64,000 nucleotides of DNA from Candidatus Omnitrophota bacterium (GCA_037146775.1 JBAWWL010000008.1:70160-134159); one strand, 5' to 3'; positions 9,696 to 20,937 are shown, numbered from the stretch's first letter. Notes: generated by a model not told the origin, from the letters alone. Numbers and translations are program-made.

Positions 9696-11300
9696 ATGCT
9701 TACGATTGCATTAGCACAAATTAATTCCTGCGTGGGAGCTATAGAGAAGAATGCTGAAAAAATAATCAGCATTATCCGGCAGGCGAAAGCCAGAAAAGTA
9801 AGTATGGTAATTTTCCCTGAGCTTGCTCTTACCGGATATCCGCCCGAGGATCTGCTTCTTAAGCCACATTTTGTCGAGAAGAATCTGTATTATCTTAAAA
9901 AAATTAAAGAAGAATGCAAAAACATAGTTGCGCTGGTCGGTTTTGTCGATAGAGCCGAGGGCCGCTTGTATAATGCCTGCGCATTTTTGCAGGAAGGGAA
10001 AATTAAGGATATTTACCGCAAGATTTATCTTCCGAATTACGGCGTTTTTGATGAAAAAAGATATTTTCATTCTGGTAATTCGCTCTCGTTTTATACCTTC
10101 AAAGGGTACCAATTCTCGGTAAGTATCTGCGAAGACGTTTGGAAAGAGGCCTTTATAACTGTTTTGAGAAAGCGGCAGCCAGATTTTATCGTTACTTTGT
10201 CGGCGTCTCCTTTCCATTTGGGAAAAATTTCCTTACGGGAAAAAACCATGGCGGCCGTAGTGCAAAAAACCGGAGCTTTTCTCTTTTATTGTAACCTTGT
10301 CGGCGGGCAAGATGAACTGGTGTTTGATGGCACCAGCATGGTTGTTTCACCGTCGGGAGAAGTAATTGCCCGTGGCAAGCGATTTGCCGAGGATATGCTT
10401 GTTTTCAATCTTTCCAGGAAAAAGCAATACCTGTCAAAAGAAATAAAACTTTCGCCAGTCGAGGAAACTTTCGAAGCTTTACGGCTTGGTTTGCACGATT
10501 ATGTATATAAAAACGGATTCAAAGATGTCTTGGTGGGGATTAGCGGAGGCATTGATTCTGCCCTTGTCGCCGCATTGGCGGTTAAGACGCTGGGAAATAA
10601 TCGGGTACACGGCCTGATTATGCCTTCCCGTTATACCTCTGTGGCGACGTTACGTGATGCAAAGAAGATATGCGAGAAGCTCGGGATTGCCTATCAGCTT
10701 GTCGATATTGACGAGTTGTTTGATTGTTATCTTAAGGTGTTGCAGCCGTTTTTTGCCAAACATGGGCAGGATAAAACCGAAGAAAATCTGCAAGCACGGA
10801 TTCGAGGAAATCTCTTGATGGCTTTTTCGAACAAATTTGGTTCACTGGTTTTAAATACCGGCAATAAGAGCGAAGTGTCGGCCGGGTATTGTACGCTTTA
10901 CGGTGACATGGTGGGCGGGTTCGGTCTCCTGAAAGACGTTCCCAAGACGCTTGTCTATGAACTTGCCAGGCATATTAATATGGTAAGCAAGAAAGAGTTA
11001 ATACCTTCTTCTGTCATCAAGCGCGCCCCTTCGGCGGAGCTAAAGCCAAATCAGAAAGATCAGGACACTTTGCCTCCCTATGAGGTTTTAGACGCGCTTA
11101 TAAAACTATATGTGGAAGAGGAATGTAGCTTGGAGGATATTACTGCGAAAGGATTTAATGAACAGTTAGTTAAGCGTGTCATACGTATGATTGATGCAAG
11201 TGAATATAAGCGTAGGCAGGCACCTATCGGTATTAAAATTACGCCGCGAGCTTTCGGTAAAGACCGGCGTATGCCGATTACTAACGAGTTTAGGCAGTAA
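9696..11300 (+). CDS. nadE: glutamine-dependent NAD+ synthetase
   Basis: Nitrilase domain (FPEL, K.YLPNYGVFDEKRYF, ICED) plus SGGIDS, ENLQARIR, GNKSE and PSAEL. Confidence 0.95.
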   Translation: MLTIALAQINSCVGAIEKNAEKIISIIRQAKARKVSMVIFPELALTGYPPEDLLLKPHFVEKNLYYLKKIKEECKNIVALVGFVDRAEGRLYNACAFLQEGKIKDIYRKIYLPNYGVFDEKRYFHSGNSLSFYTFKGYQFSVSICEDVWKEAFITVLRKRQPDFIVTLSASPFHLGKISLREKTMAAVVQKTGAFLFYCNLVGGQDELVFDGTSMVVSPSGEVIARGKRFAEDMLVFNLSRKKQYLSKEIKLSPVEETFEALRLGLHDYVYKNGFKDVLVGISGGIDSALVAALAVKTLGNNRVHGLIMPSRYTSVATLRDAKKICEKLGIAYQLVDIDELFDCYLKVLQPFFAKHGQDKTEENLQARIRGNLLMAFSNKFGSLVLNTGNKSEVSAGYCTLYGDMVGGFGLLKDVPKTLVYELARHINMVSKKELIPSSVIKRAPSAELKPNQKDQDTLPPYEVLDALIKLYVEEECSLEDITAKGFNEQLVKRVIRMIDASEYKRRQAPIGIKITPRAFGKDRRMPITNEFRQ

Positions 11301-11375
11301 TGTGGCAGGTGCATGTGTGCAGGGTCCGTTGGGTTGCTGGAGCAACTCAACGAAAGTAGTATAGTGTAAGGTTGA

Positions 11376-12930
<1,555 letters not shown>

Positions 12931-12976
12931 GTTGTTAGAATCTACTAAGTTTCGTATGAGTCTATCCTGATTTTTA

Positions 12977-13050
12977 CGCGGGGTGGAGCAGACAGGTAGC
13001 TCGCAAGGCTCATAACCTTGAGGTCAGTGGTTCAAATCCACTCCCCGCAA
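12977..13050 (+). tRNA. tRNA-Met (CAT), initiator type; CCA not encoded
   Basis: CGCGGGG acceptor with C1:A72 mismatch, anticodon arm CAAGG-CTCATAA-CCTTG, T arm AGTGG-TTCAAAT-CCACT. Confidence 0.95.
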
Positions 13051-13062
13051 TGTCTTAAATAG

Positions 13063-13100
13063 AGGGCGTAGATTGAAGAAATTCAACCTACGCCTTTTCT
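13063..13100 (+). terminator. intrinsic terminator downstream of tRNA-Met
   Basis: GGCGTAGATTGAA-GAAA-TTCAACCTACGCC hairpin followed by TTTTC; a near-identical copy lies at ~14058-14095. Confidence 0.75.
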
Positions 13101-13262
13101 GTTTATGGACATATAGTATCGTTGGAGGCTGTGTGATATGGTTTATGCTGAGGTTTAAATTGTAAATTTTAGCCTGTAGGATATAATAAAAAAAAGGAGT
13201 AATAAATGAAACCTCAAACAAAGAAAATCATAGCGGATGAGTGGTTTGGTGAATAAGGAGGG

Positions 13263-13706
13263 GTGATGGAAAATATTACAGCACCAAAAGGTGTAATATT
13301 AATAGTAAAAACTTATACTGTGTTAATTGTCTTATTGTTTGGGATATCGCTGCTTTTATTATTTGCAAGCACACTTCCAGTTCCCGTATCAGAAAGTGAT
13401 AGCCTTGAAGCTGGTGTCCGGGTTTCAAAGATGCAATCGTTGTCTTTGCGAGCTTCCGGTATTATTCTATTTTTAGCTATTAATTTTATCCTGTTGCGAA
13501 AAGCACTGCGAAATTTAAAAAAGTTGGCACTATATTACAATTTGTTACTTTTCATAGCATGTAGTATTCCTTTATTATTATTCATTATTGATGTTAAAGA
13601 CGCCCAAGTTATTGGTATTAAGATATTTTTTATTTTAATAATTCTATTATTTCTGTGCAGTAATTTGTATCTTTTCCGTTCCAAGGTTAAAAAGTGTTTT
13701 ATATAG
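13263..13706 (+). CDS. small 4-TM membrane protein (array cassette)
   Basis: Hydrophobic; ends RSKVKKCF like the PKVKEQFK family; lies between repeats A and B. Confidence 0.7.
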   Translation: MMENITAPKGVILIVKTYTVLIVLLFGISLLLLFASTLPVPVSESDSLEAGVRVSKMQSLSLRASGIILFLAINFILLRKALRNLKKLALYYNLLLFIACSIPLLLFIIDVKDAQVIGIKIFFILIILLFLCSNLYLFRSKVKKCFI

Positions 13707-13949
13707 AAATATTGTAAGCCGATTCTACTATCCATTTTTTTTCATCATCTGGGCGGTAAGGACGTTGAAGCAAAATGATTTAGGTAAAGATATTTAAAAG
13801 GAAGTATAGAAATGAGGACCGGGTCTACTATTATAAATTGAGCATTTCTATTTACATTACTACTTGAAGTAATACAATCATCTAAAGGAGGTAAAGGCTA
13901 CTGAGGACAGGGTACTAGTCAACAAAGCTCTTTATTAGTTTTTTATCGT

Positions 13950-14044
13950 CTCATAACCTTGAGGTCAGTGGTTCCCCGCCAGCGAAGCTGGCGAGGTCTC
14001 GCCCTCTGCCGAAGGCAGAGAGGCGGAAAATCCACTCCCCGCAA
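13950..14044 (+). pseudogene. duplicated 3' half of tRNA-Met (att-like) interrupted by a 53-bp double-hairpin insert in the T-loop
   Basis: CTCATAACCTTGAGGTCAGTGGTTC [13975-14027 insert] AAATCCACTCCCCGCAA; homology to 13009-13132 continues through the terminator. Confidence 0.85.
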
Positions 14045-14334
14045 TGTCTTAAATAGAGGGCGTAGATTGAAGAAATTCAATCTACGCCTTCTTTGTTTAT
14101 AGGCATGTAATGCTTTCGGAGGCTGTGGGGAGACTCGATAATGTTTATCCTACCAACGAACCTATATTAATTTGGACCTTATCATGTGTTAGCAGCATTA
14201 CTTTCTGCTAGCATTGTAAGCGATTCCAGCAATTACCGTGCATAGCCTTGTCGGCTAATCTCTTAAAATGTTATACTTAAATACTAGAGCATCATAAAAA
14301 TAAGGAAATATCTGTAGATGATAGGAAGAAAGCT

Positions 14335-15162
14335 ATGAGATCGTTCAAATTCTTATTGTTTTATCTTGTTTTTAATCTGCTATTTGTAGGATTTAGATGT
14401 TTTGCTTCCGATAGCAAGGTGCTATCTACAAAAGTTGTCAGTAATAGAGCCCAGAAGCGTGAACAAGTAAAGGGGCAATTTATGGCCGAGCGTTCTATAG
14501 ATAGAAGGCAAGAACTAGATGCCCGCGCAAAATGGAACAACGCAATTATTCCTGCCGCTGGTACAACATACGAAGTTCGTGCTTTAGTAAAAGGGAAAGA
14601 CCGAGACCAAGTATTTGAACAGACAATTTCCTCGGGGCACACTTCTTTGCAACGCGCAGAAGAGAAACGTGCCGAAGCCCTTGATAGACCTTATTATAAA
14701 GGTTCTCATGTTGCAATTTTTATGGAAGTTAATAATGAATTAAAGCAAGTGCTATATTGGGACCCCGCCATTAAACCTTTATATAGAATTGGTAGTTATG
14801 ATACGCTCTATGAGGTGGCTGATTTGGCCGCACGCTTACGTTTGGATGATTATAAAATGATAGCAGCTAAAGGATGGGATAGAGATCCGAATGTAGCTGG
14901 AATGTTAGCGCCAGAACTAAAAATATACAGTGTTGATGGCGATGGCATGCCCATGAGTGAAGCTGATATCGCCTTCGAAGTATTTCTTAAAACAGAAGGT
15001 ATTCATAGGCCAAAAGCGTTAAATATTTTTCATTATACAAACCAAGAAGCAGAAGATTTTGTTTCAAGAGAACAAAAATTTCTTCCACAAGGACAGAGTT
15101 TACGTATTAGAGAATCAATCTTTTTTAACCCTCTCCCGGAAAATTTCAGTTATCCTGATTGA
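14335..15162 (+). CDS. hypothetical secreted protein
   Basis: 275-aa ORF with N-terminal signal-like hydrophobic segment. Confidence 0.65.
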   Translation: MRSFKFLLFYLVFNLLFVGFRCFASDSKVLSTKVVSNRAQKREQVKGQFMAERSIDRRQELDARAKWNNAIIPAAGTTYEVRALVKGKDRDQVFEQTISSGHTSLQRAEEKRAEALDRPYYKGSHVAIFMEVNNELKQVLYWDPAIKPLYRIGSYDTLYEVADLAARLRLDDYKMIAAKGWDRDPNVAGMLAPELKIYSVDGDGMPMSEADIAFEVFLKTEGIHRPKALNIFHYTNQEAEDFVSREQKFLPQGQSLRIRESIFFNPLPENFSYPD

Positions 15163-15325
15163 AAGTTATATCTTGTCATTATGAACACAATATGACATTT
15201 GAGTGGGAATTAGTAGTTAACCTGCCTTAGTTTTTATCCCACCAGCCAATCTACATTAGTTTTAACCCCTCGCTAAATCTGTTGTAGTCATAAATTACCG
15301 TGGTATATTGAAAACAAACAGTAAA

Positions 15326-15526
15326 ATGACAGCAGCAAATATAATAGGTGGGATTTTATTTAGCGGAATTGGCTTCGTTGCCTTGATGTATGGGAAAAAG
15401 CAAGTCAATACAAAGGCGATGATAATCGGCGTTCTACTTATGGCCTACCCTTATTTTGTGTCAAACACCATTGCGTTATATCTAATAGGCGTTGTTTTAA
15501 CAGTAGCCTTATTCATCCCCCGCTAA
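15326..15526 (+). CDS. small membrane protein
   Basis: Hydrophobic, YGKK...LMAYPYF pattern. Confidence 0.65.
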   Translation: MTAANIIGGILFSGIGFVALMYGKKQVNTKAMIIGVLLMAYPYFVSNTIALYLIGVVLTVALFIPR

Positions 15527-15712
15527 ATACCTCGCTTTTTTAACCTTGACCAATATTTACTATAGCAGTATCATTTTAGCTACTTGACCACAAAGGGGTG
15601 GTTAATGCATGAGGATAAAATGATATCCAGAAAACACAATCGGGACATTTTTATAGGGTAAGGCAATCATCTATCAGAGGATTGCCTTTTTGGTTTAAGA
15701 AAGGAGATATAT

Positions 15713-16462
15713 ATGAAATGCAGCGTTCATCTTGAAAGAGAAGCTGTAGGAGCTTGCGTAGAATGTGGTCTTGCTTTTTGTGAGGAGTGCAAAGTTACTA
15801 TAAGTAATAAAAATTATTGCAAAAAATGTGTTGAAAGGGTAATCAAAAGAACCAAACTTTCTGAAAGAAATCCTGCCATTGCTGCTTTATTGAGTTTTAT
15901 TATCGCTGGTGCAGGACAAATATATAATGGACAGATAGGAAAAGGTATTTTAATATTTCTAACGGCTTGGCTAGTAATACCTTGGATTTATGGCATTTTC
16001 GATGCCTACAACACAGCCAAAAGAATAAATAATGGAGAAATAGTTACTGAGGAACCATCGGGTTGTTTGCTTGCGCTTTTGTTTGTTATAACGATTCCGG
16101 TGGTTGTTGCTATGATTGCTTTACTTGCTGCTATAGCTATCCCAAATTTCTTGAGAGCTAGATTGGCAGCTAACGAAGCCGGAGCAGAAGCAAAAGTAAT
16201 GACTATATCTACAGCACTTGAGAGCTATGCCTCTGTGCATGAAGGGAATTATCCTTCAGATGAAAAGGACCTTACAAATGCCCAGCCACCCTACTTAGGT
16301 GAATCTTGCAGTAATAAATCAATTAAAGGATATAATTATTCTTTAGAATTAAATTCTGATGGATATACAGTTACTGCAGAACCTTCCAGTTGCGGAACTA
16401 CAGGAAGTAGAATTTTTAAAGTAGAGACGGGTGGGATTAAACGTGAACAACAATGTAAATGA
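15713..16462 (+). CDS. B-box zinc finger + TM2 + type IV pilin-like domain fusion
   Basis: C..H.....G.C..CG..FC.EC; RNPAIAALLSFIIAGAGQIYNGQ; IALLAAIAIPNFLRAR..ANE. Confidence 0.7.
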   Translation: MKCSVHLEREAVGACVECGLAFCEECKVTISNKNYCKKCVERVIKRTKLSERNPAIAALLSFIIAGAGQIYNGQIGKGILIFLTAWLVIPWIYGIFDAYNTAKRINNGEIVTEEPSGCLLALLFVITIPVVVAMIALLAAIAIPNFLRARLAANEAGAEAKVMTISTALESYASVHEGNYPSDEKDLTNAQPPYLGESCSNKSIKGYNYSLELNSDGYTVTAEPSSCGTTGSRIFKVETGGIKREQQCK

Positions 16463-16731
16463 ATAAAAAACAATTAATAGTTACTTTATTAACACTATTT
16501 TTTGTTTTACCTGTATTCGCCGCCAATATACCTCAAGAGTTACAATTGCTTGGTTTTACTCAAGACAAGTTAGTTGATTACAGACGTGCTAAAGATAATA
16601 TTGAATATTTTACTTTCTCCGATTGGACTACGGAGAGGAAGGGAGATACAATTACCTTCATAGTCGAGAGAGGTCAGATAACAGGAAAGTTTAAAGATGA
16701 GAATAGAAAGGTTTTAGATAAGGATATTTAA
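16459..16731 (+). CDS. small secreted protein, paralog of 22090-22383
   Basis: Shares NIPQELQLLGFTQ...GKFKD with the 22090 ORF; ends in the repeat-B tail. Confidence 0.75.
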   Translation: MNKKQLIVTLLTLFFVLPVFAANIPQELQLLGFTQDKLVDYRRAKDNIEYFTFSDWTTERKGDTITFIVERGQITGKFKDENRKVLDKDI

Positions 16732-16744
16732 AAGGAGGAGATAA

Positions 16745-17305
16745 ATGAATAGTAAAATAATTACGTTGATGATAGTGCTATCAGTTTTATATTATAACAA
16801 TGCTGCAGCTAAAACTATAAACGCTTTAGACGTATTATCTTTTGAGGTAAATGATGCTACTCAGGTTACTGTAGGACCATATAAACAAGGCGACTTCCAG
16901 ATATATACAGCAGCCTTGGTCGATCCTGAAGATAGGCTTTTGGGGGAATTTCATATCCAGGATTTTTCCAAACAATATACAAATTGGAAAGAAGTCTTAG
17001 TGTCGCCAACATATGATTTGGATGGATACAAAAGTGCGATTACTACACTTTTTCCTAATACTTTAATTTCTACCTTAACTTGGGTTTCGGCTGAAAAAAA
17101 TAACATAAATGATAAGCAAGTTTATACGTATATTTTTGATTATACTAACTCTAAACTTTCGATAACTCATAGATTCAAATGCTACATATTAATACAAAAT
17201 AGTTATCTCATTAGATGTTATGCTGGAACACCGCAGGCAGAATTTGAAAAAAATTCTAAAATAATAGATAGCATTATAGAAAGTGTAAGATTTGTTCAGA
17301 ATTAG
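16745..17305 (+). CDS. hypothetical secreted protein (possibly PsbP/DcrB-like fold)
   Basis: Signal peptide, RBS, C-terminal F......D.IIES..F pattern. Confidence 0.6.
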   Translation: MNSKIITLMIVLSVLYYNNAAAKTINALDVLSFEVNDATQVTVGPYKQGDFQIYTAALVDPEDRLLGEFHIQDFSKQYTNWKEVLVSPTYDLDGYKSAITTLFPNTLISTLTWVSAEKNNINDKQVYTYIFDYTNSKLSITHRFKCYILIQNSYLIRCYAGTPQAEFEKNSKIIDSIIESVRFVQN

Positions 17306-17349
17306 CAAAATTCTTTAGAACAAAAGAACAGTTTAAATAAGGAGACTTA

Positions 17350-17583
17350 ATGAAACCTCAAACAAGGAAAATCATAGCGAGAGAAGTAAGGATTCTGTTG
17401 CTTTGTTATGTCTTAGGTCTTATAGCTGGTTATCTCGTGACGTGCAATAAGAATGCCCCTTGGTACTCTTCCTTTGTGGGAGCGTTCAGTGTTTGTATAA
17501 TTTATTACATCGCTATTTTAATTGTGCGTTTGTTATTCAAATGTATCATCTGGGCGGTAAGGACGTTGAAACAAAGGATTTAG
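17350..17583 (+). CDS. 2-TM protein beginning with repeat A and ending with repeat B
   Basis: MKPQTRKIIARE...IIWAVRTLKQ. Confidence 0.7.
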   Translation: MKPQTRKIIAREVRILLLCYVLGLIAGYLVTCNKNAPWYSSFVGAFSVCIIYYIAILIVRLLFKCIIWAVRTLKQRI

Positions 17584-17606
17584 GTAAAGATATTTAAAGA
17601 GGCGAT

Positions 17607-17948
17607 ATGAATGAGGTCGTTACAAAGAAGAAAAGACCAAACATGGTTTCGATGTTCGTTCTCTGTTATGGTTTATTGGGTGGCTATTATCTTTTTGAAC
17701 GTTTTTTGGGTTCAAGCGGAGTAAGAATGATAAAGCCATACGATGTAGCAGAAGTTAGTATTGTCTTAATTTTTGGTTTATTATTTTTTCTTTCTTCGAT
17801 TCTACTGTTTAGAATGAAGTACTCTGGATTTTGGGTTGTTATTATACCGCTATTTTTATTTGCTTACGGTTTACCCCCATTATCTTTATTGCTATTATTA
17901 CATATTGTTTATTTTAATCTACCCAAAGTAAAAGAACAGTTTAAATGA
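17607..17948 (+). CDS. small membrane protein ending in repeat C
   Basis: Hydrophobic, ends PKVKEQFK. Confidence 0.7.
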   Translation: MNEVVTKKKRPNMVSMFVLCYGLLGGYYLFERFLGSSGVRMIKPYDVAEVSIVLIFGLLFFLSSILLFRMKYSGFWVVIIPLFLFAYGLPPLSLLLLLHIVYFNLPKVKEQFK

Positions 17949-17988
17949 AACTTCAAACAAAGAAAATCATAGCGAGAAGGAGGGAATA

Positions 17989-18417
17989 ATGGAGAAGAAA
18001 AGGTCGGTTGGGGTTACGATACTCTCACTGATTTATATCGTTATAGGCTTAGGCATATTAACAACTACCATAACCGAACCCAGAAATACAGAACCAAGCA
18101 TTTTCTATTCGCATTGGGGGAGGGAAATTTTTGAGCCAATGACACCCTTAGAGCATTTGCGTTTCCAGGCAATTTTAGCGTTTTGCTTATCCACACCTTT
18201 TCTTATTAGTGGATTTGGTACTTTGAAATTGAAAAAATGGGGAAGGATACTTATTGTAATACTAAATATGTTTTTTGTATTTTTATTACCCCCAACAATT
18301 ATAACAGTAGTTATCTATAAGCATCACGATTTTTTATTTCTCCTTATTATGGAAATTTTTGCACTCATTTTTTCGGTTTATCTCGCCCGTCCCAAAGTAA
18401 AAGAGCAGTTTAAGTAA
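17989..18417 (+). CDS. 4-TM membrane protein (MEKKRSVG...RPKVKEQFK family)
   Basis: Hydrophobic, LKKWGR motif, nested between an A stub and a B stub. Confidence 0.7.
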   Translation: MEKKRSVGVTILSLIYIVIGLGILTTTITEPRNTEPSIFYSHWGREIFEPMTPLEHLRFQAILAFCLSTPFLISGFGTLKLKKWGRILIVILNMFFVFLLPPTIITVVIYKHHDFLFLLIMEIFALIFSVYLARPKVKEQFK

Positions 18418-18487
18418 TCCGCTTTATCCTCTGGGCGGTAAGGACGTTGAAGCAAAAGGATTTAAGGAAAGATATTTAAGGAGATAT

Positions 18488-18760
18488 ATGAATAAACAAA
18501 AGACGAAATTTTTCTGGATAGTTATGGTGTTGGTTCTTGTCGGCATTGCTGTATTATTTTTGTTAATTTATGCTCAATGCTATGTACTTAAGCCTCAACA
18601 CGGAATGGGTCGGATGAGTCCAGGTAAAGATGCAGCATATTACGATTCAGATAAGAAAAAATGGGTAAGCGAGGCGGAATGGCTTAGGAAGTACACAGAA
18701 TTGCCAATAGGTTATCTTTCGAAAGAGGAGTGGGATAAGAAAAAACGGAATAATCAATGA
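18488..18760 (+). CDS. single-TM hypothetical protein
   Basis: RBS supplied by repeat B; N-terminal TM. Confidence 0.65.
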   Translation: MNKQKTKFFWIVMVLVLVGIAVLFLLIYAQCYVLKPQHGMGRMSPGKDAAYYDSDKKKWVSEAEWLRKYTELPIGYLSKEEWDKKKRNNQ

Positions 18761-19374
18761 AACCTCGAACAAAGAAAATCATAGCGATAGCAATAATAGG
18801 AATTATCATTTTTGGGGTTATATTTTTTGGAGGACATTTATTTAAGGGGAATGTATCTGGCAATGCAAGAATAAATAGGTCTTTCAAAGATTTAACTCTT
18901 GGAATGAGCCTCGAAGAATTTAAGTCAAAATTAATATATGAAGAAGGAAGCATGACAAAAGGTACATCATACAGAAGCTATGCGATATATAATACTTTTT
19001 ATAACTCTTTGTATCATTACTCCGGTCAAGGCAAACGAATGAAGGAAATTAAAAATGTTTATAGCGTCTGGTGTTATTTCCTTGAAAACAAACTATTTAA
19101 GATCCACATAAGTTACCTTAATAGCTATCATCCGACTTGGGATAATGTTATCCATAACGCAAAAGGAAAGTATGGTGAGGGTATAATAGAAGCAGGAAAT
19201 GTTATTCGTTGGGATGATGGAAAAACTACTCTAACGATAGCCAAATTATACGGGGAGCAAGGCTTAAATATAAGTGATAGTTATAGTGGAGACCATTACA
19301 CAGTAACTTATAAAGATAACGAGCTGAGCTCATTAATTGACAAGAAAGAAAAGAAGGAAACCCCTGAAATCTAA
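18757..19374 (+). CDS. membrane-anchored hypothetical protein with repeat A as N-terminus
   Basis: MKPRTKKIIA fused in frame to a TM and a soluble domain. Confidence 0.7.
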   Translation: MKPRTKKIIAIAIIGIIIFGVIFFGGHLFKGNVSGNARINRSFKDLTLGMSLEEFKSKLIYEEGSMTKGTSYRSYAIYNTFYNSLYHYSGQGKRMKEIKNVYSVWCYFLENKLFKIHISYLNSYHPTWDNVIHNAKGKYGEGIIEAGNVIRWDDGKTTLTIAKLYGEQGLNISDSYSGDHYTVTYKDNELSSLIDKKEKKETPEI

Positions 19375-19412
19375 ACGAGTAAAGGTAGAGAAAGATGTTT
19401 AAAAGGGAATAT

Positions 19413-19673
19413 ATGAAACTAAAGAAAATCATAGCGAGAGAAGGGTTGGCATTGTTGGTGGCGATTTTTATTGCTTGGCATATGGCACAAACTAACGGTC
19501 TGAAAAGTTTTATGATGGATATTAGAATTGTAACCCCACGCCCAAATCAAGCAGATGCTGTTTTGCAAGAAGCAACTACAGCTGGTTTTTGGTTTATTTT
19601 GATTGTGGGTTATGGCGTTGTCCGCTTCATCCCCCTAAAGGGACGGCGTTGGACGCCAGCATCTGGGCGGTAA
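19413..19673 (+). CDS. A-B family 2-TM protein whose C-terminus is frameshifted by a 29-bp insert
   Basis: MKLKKIIAREG...VVRFI then insert 19632-19660 before ATCTGGGCGG. Confidence 0.65.
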   Translation: MKLKKIIAREGLALLVAIFIAWHMAQTNGLKSFMMDIRIVTPRPNQADAVLQEATTAGFWFILIVGYGVVRFIPLKGRRWTPASGR

Positions 19674-19721
19674 GGACGTTAAAGCAGAAGGATCCAAGGA
19701 AAGATATTTAAAGGAGGCGAT

Positions 19722-20039
19722 ATGAAACTATCCAGTAAAGTAATCTGGTTTATTTTTGGTGTAATACTTTATCCGCTTTGTTTTATGCTTATTTTTATAC
19801 TTACGATTCCCCTTTCAGCTCTACCAAAAAATAATGCGGTGCAAATTTTTTCTATATCGGTAATATTTTTAATACCTATTTTTATTATCGTACTGACTTG
19901 GAAACGTAATATTAGTTTTGCTGTAGGATTAATTTTATCCTTTTGCTTAGTTTTCATTTCGTTGAATAGAAGTTACAGAAGGGTGGTGAAGAATGAGAAA
20001 GCAAAAGTACTAGAAAATTCATTACCCGCCCCAAAGTAA
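19722..20039 (+). CDS. small 3-TM membrane protein
   Basis: Hydrophobic; ends inside an out-of-frame repeat C. Confidence 0.65.
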   Translation: MKLSSKVIWFIFGVILYPLCFMLIFILTIPLSALPKNNAVQIFSISVIFLIPIFIIVLTWKRNISFAVGLILSFCLVFISLNRSYRRVVKNEKAKVLENSLPAPK

Positions 20040-20089
20040 AGGAGCAGTTTAAATGAAACTTCAAACAAAGAAAATCATAGCGAGAGGGG

Positions 20090-20488
20090 ATGAGAATGTA
20101 TTTATTTAAAAGGATAATGTGGTTTCTCGGAGGGATTATTACGGGGTTCATATCATCTTTTTATATTCTTGTACCTATATTTTGTTCACTCCAAATACCC
20201 GTCTATTTACAATGTAGTATTATCATTATCATTGTGACAATTGTGCTTTTGCTATTTTCTAAGAAAAATAGAATATTCTTTTATAGTTTCCTTATTTCAT
20301 TTATTATTGGGACGATTCCATGTATTGTGTTTTATTATGTGTTTGGAGGTGGCAGTTTTCCTAACCCCGATGGCGGTTCTGGCAGGATGAGTCGGGAAGA
20401 ACAGTTAGAATTAGAAAGAAATCAACAAGAATACAAACCAGACCCAAGCAGAATTAAAATAATACAACTGAAATCAAAAAATGATTAA
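20090..20488 (+). CDS. small membrane protein
   Basis: Hydrophobic; follows the A stub at 20053. Confidence 0.65.
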   Translation: MRMYLFKRIMWFLGGIITGFISSFYILVPIFCSLQIPVYLQCSIIIIIVTIVLLLFSKKNRIFFYSFLISFIIGTIPCIVFYYVFGGGSFPNPDGGSGRMSREEQLELERNQQEYKPDPSRIKIIQLKSKND

Positions 20489-20592
20489 GGAAATGGTAAT
20501 GTTTTTTTTCTTTAATGGTATGAAATCCCAAACAAAGAAAATCATAGCGAGAGAGGCAAAGCTAGCATATATCGGAAAAAAGGAGGAGACCT

Positions 20593-20937
20593 ATGAATTG
20601 GTATTTCCAAGTGCTTAAGAAGTACGCAGTATTTAGCGGTCGTGCTAGACGGAAAGAGTACTGGATGTTCTTAATTTTTAACTTGAGTGTCTGCTTTGTA
20701 TTAGGTTTCATAGAAGGGTTTTCCGGTATTACGCCAAAGGGAAACCACAGTGTTTTGGGCAGGATTTATGTATTGGCTGTCTTGATTCCGATCATTGCCG
20801 TTGCTATCCGCAGAATGCACGACACTGACCATCGCGGATGGTGGATACTCGTTCCGATTGTCAGCTGGGTTTTCCTCTGTTTAGATAGTACCCCCGGAAA
20901 CAATAGATTCGGACCTAACCCCAAGGCTATCTCTTAA
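20593..20937 (+). CDS. DUF805 (YhaH/YhaI-like) inner membrane protein
   Basis: KKYAVFSGRARRKEYWMF...RRMHD...GWW...PG.NRFGPNPK. Confidence 0.9.
   Translation: MNWYFQVLKKYAVFSGRARRKEYWMFLIFNLSVCFVLGFIEGFSGITPKGNHSVLGRIYVLAVLIPIIAVAIRRMHDTDHRGWWILVPIVSWVFLCLDSTPGNNRFGPNPKAIS

Noticed and set aside
13950-14044. Second functional tRNA-Met gene
   Set aside because: It lacks the 5' acceptor strand and D arm.
14145-15262. Weak ~29-bp similarity (about 23/29) on either side of the 14335 gene (TTATCCTACCAACGAACC... vs TTATCCCACCAGCCAATC...)
   Set aside because: It is short, AT-rich and degenerate; it could be an old border but cannot be supported without a search.
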